The notes under the pieces: generated by a model | What the model was told of the DNA's origin: nothing | Seen by the model: the letters and a program-made list of their open reading frames with translations, nothing else | Databases searched by the model: none | From: an uncultured Bdellovibrio sp. | GTDB taxonomy: Bacteria; Bdellovibrionota; Bdellovibrionia; Bdellovibrionales; Bdellovibrionaceae | DNA: 64,000 bases | Reading direction: 5' to 3' | Assembly (NCBI GenBank): GCA_963932905.1 | Contig: CAWVRN010000003.1 | Coordinates: forward strand, 96,001 to 160,000 | Position numbers and translations under genes: made by a program | Part shown: positions 8,671 through 17,771 of the stretch, piece by piece | Layout: every line of letters starts with the position of its first letter | How positions within the stretch are numbered: the first letter of the stretch is position 1

Positions 8671-9279
8671 TTAACTGATTCCACTTTGCTCTCCTTTGTC
8701 ATTCACATTATTTTGGCTTTTGCCATAAAGTTCGACGGCAAAATCGAATACCTTTAAAACCGTTTCCTCTGTTAAATGCGATAGGATGACTTTCAAATAA
8801 TACCGTGCCGGTACGTTTAATGCCCTTTTATCCCGAGAGTAAAAATTTTTGAAACTTTCGGGACTATAGTTGTAAATCTTGATCAACCTATTTCTCAGCT
8901 CCAAAGAAGCTTTTCTTCTTCCATGCTCAATCTGAGTGATCAAACTTTCAGAGTAGCCAGACTCTATGGCAACTGCAAAAATAGTCTTTTTAGATTTCAG
9001 CCGAAGATACTTCAGGATTGGACCATCGTAAGAAATAGCTTTTCTGATTTCTGTTGATTTCGTTTGAGATAAGCACGCATGAATTAGCTTTTTGTGTTGA
9101 TCGCTATTATATAAGGCAAGTATCCTTTGGTACTCACCATCGTCAATGCGACACTTTGCTGATTCGTTTTCGATCCCACTCAACCAGCCAACACTACAGC
9201 CAATAACATTGGCTGCTTGCTTAAGGTTGAGTTTGTTAACCAGTCGAAGCTTTCTTAAGACAACTCCTCGGTTCTTCAT
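8671..9279 (-). CDS. Tandem XRE/Cro-type HTH transcriptional regulator
   Basis: Two HTH_3-like units: LRKLRLVNKLNLKQAANVIGCSVGWLSGIEN and LKYLRLKSKKTIFAVAIESGYSESLITQIEHG; AGGAGG RBS. Confidence 0.8.
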   Translation of the reverse strand: MKNRGVVLRKLRLVNKLNLKQAANVIGCSVGWLSGIENESAKCRIDDGEYQRILALYNSDQHKKLIHACLSQTKSTEIRKAISYDGPILKYLRLKSKKTIFAVAIESGYSESLITQIEHGRRKASLELRNRLIKIYNYSPESFKNFYSRDKRALNVPARYYLKVILSHLTEETVLKVFDFAVELYGKSQNNVNDKGEQSGIS

Positions 9280-9535
9280 TTTCGCCTCCTTTTGCGATGT
9301 AGAGGCTCCTCAAAAATTGAAATGGTGTAAAAATTTACAGAGGTTCAAGAAATTTGAAATTCGGTAAATATTCACAAAAGATTTTTTATTTGGCAGGGAA
9401 ATGGAAGGGAACATGGGTCATGTTGGGGGTCTATAAGGGGTCTTCGCTAAAAAATAGAAATAGACATGTTAGTGTTTCTAAGTATTTAGCTCTATTAGTG
9501 TTTTGCTTTAAAAGTGTGGAAACTAGAGAAAAGAT

Positions 9536-9612
<77 letters not shown>

Positions 9613-9728
9613 ATAAATGTTGTCTCACCTTGCGCGTTTGGCGTTTTAAAGTCAAGCTTTATAATCCTGCCCACCAACAAAGAAAAAAATTCTTTAAATT
9701 ATCGAAAAAATGAATGAAATAGACTATA

Positions 9729-11192
9729 TTGAATCTCTCTCCCGAGGTGCTTATGAATGCATTTGATTCCGTTTTATTGGTTTTGCTTGGCTTATTGGCA
9801 GTTTCTGTTGGTTTTTTCTTCTATCTTTGGAAGAAATCTGTCGGTGATCATAAAAATAGCATCTTGCAGCTGGAAAAAGAAAATGAACTGAAGGTCCAGC
9901 TAGGCCAGCAAGGAATTTTGTCTCAAATCAAAGTCCTAGAGAGCGAAAATAAGGAACTTCGCCTTCAAAATACTGACCTTAAATCGGAAGCCAACCACCT
10001 AAACAGCAAAATCATTGGCTTAACTGAAGCTCGCTCAAAATTAGAATCTGAAATCGAGCAAACCAAAAAACACTTTAACGAACAATTAGCTTTCGTTGAA
10101 TCGGCTAAAGAAAAACTTTTAGAAAACTTCAAAAGTTTATCTTTAGATTCACTCAATCAAAACAACTCATCGTTCCTTCATTTAGCTAAATCTAGTTTTG
10201 ATACTTTGAACCAATTAAATCTAAAAGAACTAGATCAGCGTCGCACGGAAATCAAAGACACCGTTAACCCAATTTATGAAACTCTAAATAAGTTTGAAAA
10301 CAAAATTAACGAACTGGAAAAAAACAGAATCGAATCGTTCACCAACTTGTATTCACATTTTAATTTCCTAAAAGAATCACAAGAAAAATTACGTAACGAA
10401 ACATCGAATTTAGTCAAAGCACTTCGCACCCCGCACGTTCGTGGTCGCTGGGGTGAACTACAATTAAAACGCGTAGTTGAAATCGCCGGCATGCTAGAAC
10501 ACTGCGATTTCTATCAGCAGGAATCTGTCGACACCGAAGAAGGCAAACTGCGTCCCGACATGGTTGTCCGGTTGCCGGGTAAAAAATCAATCATCGTCGA
10601 TTCTAAGGCCGTCCTTCATGCTTACCTTGAAGCCGCTCAAACAGAAGATGAAACTCTAAAAAAAGAATTATTGTTACAACATGCGAATCATATTCGCGTG
10701 CGTATCACCGAATTGAGCAAAAAATCGTATTGGGAACAATTTGAAGAGTCACCTGAATTTGTCGTCCTTTTCCTTCCTGGCGAAAGCTTCTTCAGCTCGG
10801 CACTTGAAGTTTCTCCGATGTTGATTGAAGAAGGCGTCTCTGAAAAGGTCATCTTAGCTACTCCAACGACTTTGATCGCTTTGTTAAAAGCTGTATCGTA
10901 TGGCTGGAAACAAGCCTCATTGACAGAGAACGCAACGCAAATCAGTCAGTTAGGCAAAGAACTTTACAAGCGACTTCTAGATATGCGCAGCCATTTTGAA
11001 AAACTGGGCAATCAATTAAGCGCTTCCGTTGAGAGCTACAACAAAACAATGGCCAGCTATGAAACTCGTGTCCTAGTGTCAGCGCGACGATTTAAGGAAC
11101 TAAAATCGATTGATGGTAATGACGAAATGGAACTTTTAGAGCCTATCGAGAAAACAACTCGCGCACTAGCCATCGACGCACCTAAAGAGTAA
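9729..11192 (+). CDS. rmuC: DNA recombination protein RmuC
   Basis: N-terminal TM, coiled coil, RGRWGELQL, RPDMVVRLP, IIVDSK, PEFVVLFLPGE, ATPTTLIALL; start may be ATG 9753. Confidence 0.93.
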   Translation: MNLSPEVLMNAFDSVLLVLLGLLAVSVGFFFYLWKKSVGDHKNSILQLEKENELKVQLGQQGILSQIKVLESENKELRLQNTDLKSEANHLNSKIIGLTEARSKLESEIEQTKKHFNEQLAFVESAKEKLLENFKSLSLDSLNQNNSSFLHLAKSSFDTLNQLNLKELDQRRTEIKDTVNPIYETLNKFENKINELEKNRIESFTNLYSHFNFLKESQEKLRNETSNLVKALRTPHVRGRWGELQLKRVVEIAGMLEHCDFYQQESVDTEEGKLRPDMVVRLPGKKSIIVDSKAVLHAYLEAAQTEDETLKKELLLQHANHIRVRITELSKKSYWEQFEESPEFVVLFLPGESFFSSALEVSPMLIEEGVSEKVILATPTTLIALLKAVSYGWKQASLTENATQISQLGKELYKRLLDMRSHFEKLGNQLSASVESYNKTMASYETRVLVSARRFKELKSIDGNDEMELLEPIEKTTRALAIDAPKE

Positions 11193-11195
11193 TTT

Positions 11196-11211
11196 AGGCA
11201 TATTTTTCGCA
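11196..11211 (+). promoter_or_regulatory. Possible sigma54 promoter
   Basis: AGGCATATTTTTCGCA, GG-N10-GC, about 30 nt before ATG 11241. Confidence 0.45.
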
Positions 11212-11240
11212 AGCCCTATCTTTTGTACAAAGGGGGCTCT

Positions 11241-11597
11241 ATGGCTAAACCGAACGCACAAAATACGATAGAAAACTCAGATAGTTCTACTCGCCCAACA
11301 CCGGAACTAGAAAACCTAGCAAGCGACAAAGAAGCCGTCTTTAATCGCGGCGATGAATCAGGCATTCTTGCCGATCAAGACATGACAAACGAACACGATA
11401 TCACAGGTTTAGATGAAAACATGGGCGCGATTTCAAACTCGATGGATTCGCTGGAAGACGAACCCGAAGAATTTCTTCAAGGCGACGTCGATGTCTTCAC
11501 ACAAATGAATCGTACCACACGCGCCATGGAAAAGGCGATCGATGATTCTGAAGGCCGCCGGGCTCATCCCAAACACGACACCTACAAACAACACTGA
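11241..11597 (+). CDS. Acidic hypothetical protein
   Basis: ORF track 11223; ATG 11241 has GGGGG RBS; D/E-rich, probably disordered. Confidence 0.6.
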   Translation: MAKPNAQNTIENSDSSTRPTPELENLASDKEAVFNRGDESGILADQDMTNEHDITGLDENMGAISNSMDSLEDEPEEFLQGDVDVFTQMNRTTRAMEKAIDDSEGRRAHPKHDTYKQH

Positions 11598-11606
11598 GGG
11601 GGATTA

Positions 11607-11936
11607 ATGCCACATGCACACCAAAGTAAAAGTTTTGGATCCGAAAACAATGGCTCTATTAGCCCTGTTAAAAACCAAAAACACATCACGAATTTCTTAA
11701 AAGGTCGTTCACGTGCTTGGCCAAGCGCAGTCCATCGGGAACTAGTCGATCTAGTATGTACCTTGTCCCTTGATGAATTAGATAACCATCAGCGATCACT
11801 TTGTGAAGGATATCATTCAAAGGCAGAATACAACACGTTTCACAGTCACGACATGCTTGAAGAAGTTCCTTATTCAAAATCTAAACGCTGGGTTGCAATA
11901 GCGGCATCCCTATCGGATTGTCACCAAATCCGGTAG
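11607..11936 (+). CDS. Hypothetical protein
   Basis: 109 aa, GAGGGG RBS, directly follows previous ORF. Confidence 0.5.
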   Translation: MPHAHQSKSFGSENNGSISPVKNQKHITNFLKGRSRAWPSAVHRELVDLVCTLSLDELDNHQRSLCEGYHSKAEYNTFHSHDMLEEVPYSKSKRWVAIAASLSDCHQIR

Positions 11937-12022
11937 AAATATATCTCCCTCTAGTTTAAGACTATTTCATGTAGAATGATTTTTTTTTTCATTTCTTTAG
12001 CGCATCCCTAAGATACAGACAC

Positions 12023-12047
12023 AGAAGCAAGTAAATCACTTGCTTCT
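12023..12047. terminator. Hairpin between convergent genes
   Basis: AGAAGCAAGT-AAATC-ACTTGCTTCT perfect 10-bp stem. Confidence 0.5.
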
Positions 12048-12060
12048 ATGTGCTATACTT

Positions 12061-12321
12061 TTATGACAATGCAGAACGACGGGAACCTAGAAATTTCATT
12101 AACGCTAAGACGATGACCGCACCAAGAGTTGCTCCGATAAAACCGGCGGGCTCATCGACACGATAGATTCCAAAAGCTTGACCCAAATAAGTTCCGATAA
12201 ATGCACCAACAATACCGACTAATGTAGTTAACCAGAATCCCAACTTATCATCACCCGGCTTAATCATTCGCGCTAGCAATCCCACTAAGAAACCGATAAT
12301 AATTGTACCAATAATACCCAT
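12061..12321 (-). CDS. GlsB/YeaQ/YmgE family stress-response membrane protein
   Basis: MGIIGTIIIGFLVGLLARMIKPG...GIVGAFIG...GATLGAVIVL signature; GGAGG RBS. Confidence 0.9.
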   Translation of the reverse strand: MGIIGTIIIGFLVGLLARMIKPGDDKLGFWLTTLVGIVGAFIGTYLGQAFGIYRVDEPAGFIGATLGAVIVLALMKFLGSRRSALS

Positions 12322-12346
12322 AGAACCTCCTGTTATAGATGACCTA

Positions 12347-12363
12347 TGCAGTGGTTATGCCAA
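12347..12363 (-). promoter_or_regulatory. Sigma54 promoter candidate for the GlsB/YeaQ gene
   Basis: Minus strand TTGGCATAACCACTGCA, GG-N10-GC, 25 nt before ATG. Confidence 0.6.
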
Positions 12364-12548
12364 GCATCAGTCTAAGATTCTAAACACCGCACTTGAATCA
12401 AAGGTCGATGGAACTTGGTGAACGAAACTCATCATTTTTTTTCGAATCAGAGAACTTCGTTTGCCTTAAGATATGGTATCCTGCCAAGACGTCTCAATTA
12501 TTTTTCTTTTAAATTACGCAAATTTTGTATCTGGTAAAACGGTTTTTT

Positions 12549-13448
12549 TCATATCAAAGGTTTAACTAAAGGAGCCAGGCCTGCCGCACAAACGGCGTTA
12601 AGGTCGTCAATCACCCAGTCTGTCATTTCAGGGGTTTTAATGTCATCCGGTTGATGTACGATGAAATAAAATTGTTTTAATCCCATTTCCTGCCACTCAT
12701 TAATTTTCAACGACCATAATTTAGCGCGATCAAAATCTGTCGAGTGCAAATTATTTCCAATCAATCGTAACGTCGAAAACGGTGCACTTACTGAACTATG
12801 AAGAACATCACGACGACCCGCTACATCAGTAATCACTAAACCAATTCCACGACCTTGAAGATACTCAACCAACGGAGGAAAAACATGTCCGTCTTGAAAC
12901 CAACTTGGATGGCGCAATTCAATGGCTAATTCATACGTATCTGGCCACGATTTTAGAAAATGAAATAGCTCCAGTTTATAAGCATAACTAAATGTCGGTG
13001 GCAGTTGCAGAAAGCACGGCCCCAGTTTCAATCCAAAACCATCGATCGCTTTGATCCAAGCACCTAAAGTTTGTACATCTCGCAATCCACCCTGATCATG
13101 GGAAATCGCCTGCGGAATTTTCGGCAAAAAATGAAAATCATTAGGCACTTTGCTTACCCATGTCGAAACATTTTTAGTCGTCGGAATACGATAGTGAGTC
13201 GTGTTCAATTCAATACAATTGAAATTTCTTGAATAGTAAAATAGGTATTCTGATGCCGGTGTCTTGGGTGGATAAATGCGCCCAACCCATTCTTTGTGGC
13301 TCCAAGCTGGTGCGCCGATATAAAATTTGGTTTTTTTAATACTAGCCGCCTGCGCGGATAAAAATGGTCGAGTCAATGGGTCTTCCGATGGCAGATTCCA
13401 TTGAATAGAGTTAATTTTAGTTAAGTTCTCGACCCTACCAAATTCCAT
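12549..13448 (-). CDS. DUF72 family protein
   Basis: IGAPAWSHKEWVGRIYP, YSRNFNCIELNTTHY, FLQLPP, AIELRHPSW. Confidence 0.9.
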   Translation of the reverse strand: MEFGRVENLTKINSIQWNLPSEDPLTRPFLSAQAASIKKTKFYIGAPAWSHKEWVGRIYPPKTPASEYLFYYSRNFNCIELNTTHYRIPTTKNVSTWVSKVPNDFHFLPKIPQAISHDQGGLRDVQTLGAWIKAIDGFGLKLGPCFLQLPPTFSYAYKLELFHFLKSWPDTYELAIELRHPSWFQDGHVFPPLVEYLQGRGIGLVITDVAGRRDVLHSSVSAPFSTLRLIGNNLHSTDFDRAKLWSLKINEWQEMGLKQFYFIVHQPDDIKTPEMTDWVIDDLNAVCAAGLAPLVKPLI

Positions 13449-13482
13449 GTCCTAACCTTAAATGCTAGTGACGATTTTGTCA

Positions 13483-13881
13483 TCAATGCATTTTAATAAC
13501 GACCTTGCGAAATTCTTCTTTATTGTCGTTAAAGTTTTTATACGCGTCTGGGCCCTGATCAATTTTGATTCGATGACTAATAACAAACGAGGGATCAATT
13601 TTATCTTCTAAAATTAGTTTTAAAAGAGGTTTCATATATTTTTGGGTGTGGGTTTGGTGGGTCTATCCGTCGCTAAAAACAACGCGGCCTTGGCTCGATC
13701 CATCGTCGCCGTTACTGTTTGCCCATATGGTGGGAATATAACCATTATATAGATGCAGGTCGGAACCGCAGATAGCAGCTGTAGTAATTTTAATGATAAC
13801 ATCATCGTGCCTTAGAATTTTTGGATCTCTCACGTTTTTTACGGAAATGGAATGTTTCCCTTCCCAAGTTAATGCTTTCAT
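13483..13881 (-). pseudogene. Zinc-dependent alcohol/formaldehyde dehydrogenase (YbdR/FdhA-like) pseudogene with two internal deletions
   Basis: N-fragment MKALTWEG...AICGSDLHLYNGYIPT, mid fragment in another frame TMDRAKAALFLATDRP, C-fragment QTHTQKYMKPLL...KIDPSFVISHR...AYKNF...FRKVVIKMH*. Confidence 0.8.
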
Positions 13882-13892
13882 AACTATTCCTT

Positions 13893-14516
13893 TCAATGCT
13901 TCATCGATGAAGGCTTGTCTTCGTCACGACCACTCGACTGCCCTTTAATCGTTGGTACGTGACCGGTTTCGCAAAATGCTTGTAAACGTATCAAGTTCCT
14001 TTTTGATAACATCTCGGCATCGTTACCGAATAGTTTTTCAAATAATCCTACAATATCACCGACCGTAGTTTCGTACATGACCATCATACGTGCCACCGTT
14101 CCACGGTCAGCAGCAGCCCGTTCTAGAATCAAACCCACAGAATATTTGAACCCAGCGGAATCTTCCGATTCCCACACGTAAGTATTTTTTAATTTATTCA
14201 ACTCAACAACCATTGGAATTCTAAGCTCCAGGTTGTAATCGTCTTCATCTCGGAATCTCCAATTGTAACGACCTTCCACTACGGATTCGATCGCTTCTAA
14301 ATTTTCCATAAATAGAGGCAAATTTTGAATATCGCTTACTATAGCCGCCACATCTTCTAAAGATCTTTTGATAGTCACAGAAATCGGTCGTTTATGTGCA
14401 GCTTCTTCTTTGTTATAACGTGTGAAAAAATCTTGTGAATGCCGCCCTGGATTTTCGATACTAAGACCTAATGAGTGCGGGACCAAATTTTCATTTACCA
14501 CTGAAATTCCTTTCAT
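13893..14516 (-). CDS. SRPBCC/polyketide cyclase-like protein
   Basis: SVTIKRS...NLPLFMENLEAI...ADRGT...RLQAFCETGHVPTIKGQSSGR; family often adjacent to Zn-ADH. Confidence 0.75.
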   Translation of the reverse strand: MKGISVVNENLVPHSLGLSIENPGRHSQDFFTRYNKEEAAHKRPISVTIKRSLEDVAAIVSDIQNLPLFMENLEAIESVVEGRYNWRFRDEDDYNLELRIPMVVELNKLKNTYVWESEDSAGFKYSVGLILERAAADRGTVARMMVMYETTVGDIVGLFEKLFGNDAEMLSKRNLIRLQAFCETGHVPTIKGQSSGRDEDKPSSMKH

Positions 14517-14746
14517 GGAGTTAACGCCCCAGTTAATGGCTCAACTTCGCACTTTCATATATTATTGCAAGATGCGATCCGAATTTTTCATGTGGATTCA
14601 CAAAACTAAAAACGTAAACGCGGGGACGCTGTGGTCAACATAGAAAGCGTCTTTGAAAGCTGATCGATGGCAAATTGGTTTTCCCGGGGCGTTTTTCTAG
14701 CTAGCGACGACCAAAAGTGGTTCCTGTTTTACCCCACTCCCAATGA

Positions 14747-14911
14747 GTTTGCGGCAGTTTTGCGCACACAGATTTTAATCGCGAACTTGAAATCATCAAT
14801 TTGAATATTATATCGCTAGTCTACTTAACAAAATTAGTGCTACCCGATATGATCAAGCGTAAATCAGGACGACTATTATTTACATCGTCTATTGCCGCCG
14901 ACATGCAAGGT
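14747..14911 (+). pseudogene. Short-chain dehydrogenase/reductase internal remnant
   Basis: Startless frame reading GSFAHTDFNRELEIINLNIISLVYLTKLVLPDMIKRKSGRLLFTSSIAADMQG, the central SDR segment; no GxxxGxG or YxxxK parts seen. Confidence 0.7.
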
Positions 14912-14980
14912 CATGATATTAAGCCAGGATCGACTTACCAGCATTAATCAGAACTTGGGAGCTCTTGCTGTTCAGCCTCC

Positions 14981-15892
14981 CTATTTTAAATTTTCCTTAA
15001 TTCGTTTAATTACCATCTGCAATAAGGACGAGGGAACCAAATCATCACGTACCGATAAATAAATTTTTTTCTCAACCCCAGGCCAGTCCTCGACTTTAAT
15101 TTCTGAAATCAAACCGAAATCCACGGCTCTTTGAGCGAGTACAACGGGAACGAAAGCTAAGTGTTGTGATGCAATGATAATTTCAAGTGCCGTTTCCCCT
15201 GTTGTTGCTTCGTGACCAGCTATGCGAACCCCCCAAGGCAACGGACAGTGATCTTCACCACGTATAAAACCTTGCGAACTCCAGCCCGTCGGCATAACGA
15301 ATGGATATTTTACTACATCCGCAGAGGCCGTCGTTTTTAGCTTTGTTAACGGATGATTTTTAGATCCATATAAACCCCAGCGCATGTTTCCAATTTCGTA
15401 GGAACTCCACACGCGAGTCCATTCCAGCACACCTATATGAACGGCCATTTCAAAAGCACCATTCAGGCCATGCGCTACCAAAGAATTATTCCCAAACTCG
15501 ACCAATCGAAATCGGGTGCGCATGCGAGCATCACAGATGGGCTCTAATAACGGCGGCAAAACACGACTGCTAATAAAACTTAACGATCCAATTCCCCACA
15601 CTTTGTTTCCTGAATTTTTTTTACTAGACGCCGGGGCCATAGGCGCCGTTAACTTTAACACTTTCTCAGCGATTTCCATTAACTCGTTTCCTTCTGAAGT
15701 TAACAGGATTCCTGACACAGATCTTCGTAGTAAACTTTTACCTACTTTCTGCTCTAAACGCTTGATAACTTTGGAAACTGCACCTGGGGTCATATCCAAC
15801 TGGCGCGCGCATTCGCGTAGTGATTTTAATTTGGCGGCTCGAAAAAACAAATCTAGATCGGCCAAGCCGACATTAGGCATAAGCAAACTCAT
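14981..15892 (-). CDS. LysR family transcriptional regulator
   Basis: N-terminal HTH SLRECARQLDMTPGAVSKVIKRLEQKVG...LTSEG; about 300 aa; divergent from ribA operon. Confidence 0.92.
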   Translation of the reverse strand: MSLLMPNVGLADLDLFFRAAKLKSLRECARQLDMTPGAVSKVIKRLEQKVGKSLLRRSVSGILLTSEGNELMEIAEKVLKLTAPMAPASSKKNSGNKVWGIGSLSFISSRVLPPLLEPICDARMRTRFRLVEFGNNSLVAHGLNGAFEMAVHIGVLEWTRVWSSYEIGNMRWGLYGSKNHPLTKLKTTASADVVKYPFVMPTGWSSQGFIRGEDHCPLPWGVRIAGHEATTGETALEIIIASQHLAFVPVVLAQRAVDFGLISEIKVEDWPGVEKKIYLSVRDDLVPSSLLQMVIKRIKENLK

Positions 15893-15914
15893 GCATAAGA
15901 GATACCATCAATGA

Positions 15915-15927
15915 TTCCAATTTGGAA
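15915..15927. promoter_or_regulatory. Putative LysR binding box (T-N11-A)
   Basis: Palindrome TTCCAATTTGGAA in the divergent intergenic region. Confidence 0.5.
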
Positions 15928-15995
15928 ACACTAATCGACAATTTGAACGGCTTACATGCACAGATTTTTACTACTATATGTAAATTCAAGAAGGG

Positions 15996-16640
15996 GTGGT
16001 TATGAAAATCATGAATCTACTACGCAAGATATTAAATAACGGTTTAGCAGCAACGGTACGGCAAAGTGTACGGGTTCCAATCGAAAATCGGGAAGCTGAC
16101 TTTATCACATTTAAAGGATTAATCGACGGTCAAGAGCACATTGCTCTGGGATTGGGAAATTGGAAATATACGGCCAAGCCTCTGGTTCGTATTCATTCAG
16201 AATGCTTAACTGGCGATGTGTTTGGTTCGGGTAAATGTGACTGCGGTGAACAGTTAAAAGAATCTATTCAAGAGATTCACCGTGTAGGCGGAATTCTTCT
16301 TTATATGCGACAAGAAGGACGCGGTATCGGTTTATATAACAAATTAGATGCCTACGCATTGCAAGCCAAAGGATTAGACACATATGAAGCGAATCAACGA
16401 TTGGGACTAAAAGATGATCTGCGAGATTACACGGCCGCTGCTCAAATGTTGCGTGCGCTGAATATCACAAAAATAAAATTGCTATCTAACAACCCAGACA
16501 AAGTTCAGCAACTTCGAGATCACGGCATCACAGTGACAGATGAAGTCTCGACTGGTGTATTCGTGAAGCCTTCTAATCGTAAATACTTGGAAACTAAAGT
16601 TTTAAAAACTCGCCACAGAATTGGACTAGCTCATGTATAG
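15996..16640 (+). CDS. ribA: GTP cyclohydrolase II
   Basis: VRIHSECLTGDVFGSGKCDCGEQL, RQEGRGIGLYNKLDAYALQ, LLSNNPDK. Confidence 0.93.
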   Translation: MVMKIMNLLRKILNNGLAATVRQSVRVPIENREADFITFKGLIDGQEHIALGLGNWKYTAKPLVRIHSECLTGDVFGSGKCDCGEQLKESIQEIHRVGGILLYMRQEGRGIGLYNKLDAYALQAKGLDTYEANQRLGLKDDLRDYTAAAQMLRALNITKIKLLSNNPDKVQQLRDHGITVTDEVSTGVFVKPSNRKYLETKVLKTRHRIGLAHV

Positions 16641-17370
16641 ATCGAGAATCTTACCTGAAGTGACTTTAAAATGGGCGCAAACATTAGATGGACAGCTTGC
16701 GGACGACGCCGATCAATCACAATGGATTAGTGGCATTGAAGAGCGCCGATACACTCACCGCCTTAGATCGACTCATCAAGCCGTTTTGGTGGGCGCGCAA
16801 ACCTTTCTAAAAGATCTCTGCCAACTAACGGTGCGGGACATTGAATACGATGGTCCGCAACCGGCGCGTGTGATCATTGATCCAAGGGGACGCGTATTAG
16901 CGGCACTGAAACACAACCCCCATCTGATCATCAATCTGCAAATGGGTCCGCGCAAAACGTATTTAATTACGGATATATTAGAAGATTACAATGACATCGA
17001 TGAGAAGTTTGATTCAAGCAAACTGATTCGCATCAACTACAGATTCAATGATTTCAGACAATGGCTGATATGTGTTTTACATCAACTGTCGTTAACTTTT
17101 GAATCATCTGAAAATCGTCGATTGAAAAACCTCATGGTGGAAGGTGGCGCTACCACTCTGTCTGAGTTTTTGAAAGCCGGTTTAGTTGATCGATTAGAGG
17201 TGGCTATTTCGCCATTAATATTAGGTGGCACTCGTCACCGCGTCAGCTCCGGTTTGTTATTGAAAAATGTCGATCGTTTTGAAGTTGATTCTAAAGAACA
17301 ACTGGGTACCGACATTCTGCTTCGCTACAAGGTAAACAAGGCGACCTCTTTAAAGGGGGCGATGATATGA
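16633..17370 (+). CDS. RibD C-terminal-type pyrimidine reductase (no deaminase domain)
   Basis: VTLKWAQTLDG, SQWISG, HRLRSTHQAVLVG, LMVEGGATTL, GLVDRL; no Zn-deaminase HAE/PCxxC. Confidence 0.85.
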   Translation: MYRSRILPEVTLKWAQTLDGQLADDADQSQWISGIEERRYTHRLRSTHQAVLVGAQTFLKDLCQLTVRDIEYDGPQPARVIIDPRGRVLAALKHNPHLIINLQMGPRKTYLITDILEDYNDIDEKFDSSKLIRINYRFNDFRQWLICVLHQLSLTFESSENRRLKNLMVEGGATTLSEFLKAGLVDRLEVAISPLILGGTRHRVSSGLLLKNVDRFEVDSKEQLGTDILLRYKVNKATSLKGAMI

Positions 17371-17771
17371 AGACAGTACCATTTTACTTGTTACTAGTGA
17401 TGACCTTTGGCCTAGCCGGCCTTGATAAAATTGTAGCCGGCCGAATTCCAAGTTGGTTCTTAGAGCAGTTCGAAGGTAGTTTGCTAGATGCTTTTCCTGG
17501 GGCTTTGGAAATTTCGTTTATTGTGATTGCTGTGTTAGAAGTGTCGACGGCCCTGGTTTTAATTGGCGGACTAGCCAAAAGGGAATTTCTATTAAACGCA
17601 GCCAATGACAAACGCCTGCTTCAATACGGTGTTATTTTGTCGCAAGTTACTTTTATTGTTTTGGGATTTGGTCAACGACTGACTCATAAATTTGACAGCG
17701 CAGGAAGTTTATTTTTCTACGCGGCGTTAACCTTTATTGCCGGACAAATGGCACTCAAGGCTGAACGCTAA
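17367..17771 (+). CDS. DoxX-like membrane protein
   Basis: 134 aa, about 4 TM, AGLDK...WF...F...LEV...FGQRL pattern. Confidence 0.6.
   Translation: MKTVPFYLLLVMTFGLAGLDKIVAGRIPSWFLEQFEGSLLDAFPGALEISFIVIAVLEVSTALVLIGGLAKREFLLNAANDKRLLQYGVILSQVTFIVLGFGQRLTHKFDSAGSLFFYAALTFIAGQMALKAER

Larger units (their letters stand above)
1..9535. mobile_element. Probable genomic island integrated at the 3' end of tRNA-Met (other end outside window)
   Basis: Accessory genes and XRE regulator, visibly AT-richer than the core, begins directly at the tRNA CCA end; no integrase or att duplicate seen in window. Confidence 0.45.

Noticed and set aside
9280..9535. Integrase or att duplicate next to the tRNA
   Set aside because: No recombinase motifs in the short ORFs here and no second copy of the tRNA 3' end noticed in the window
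13663..13896. Intact 77-aa dehydrogenase
   Set aside because: Only the N-terminal fragment of a deleted Zn-ADH; tail is out-of-frame read-through
15893..15995. FMN riboswitch before ribA
   Set aside because: Region is about 100 nt, shared with the divergent LysR promoter, and lacks RFN motifs
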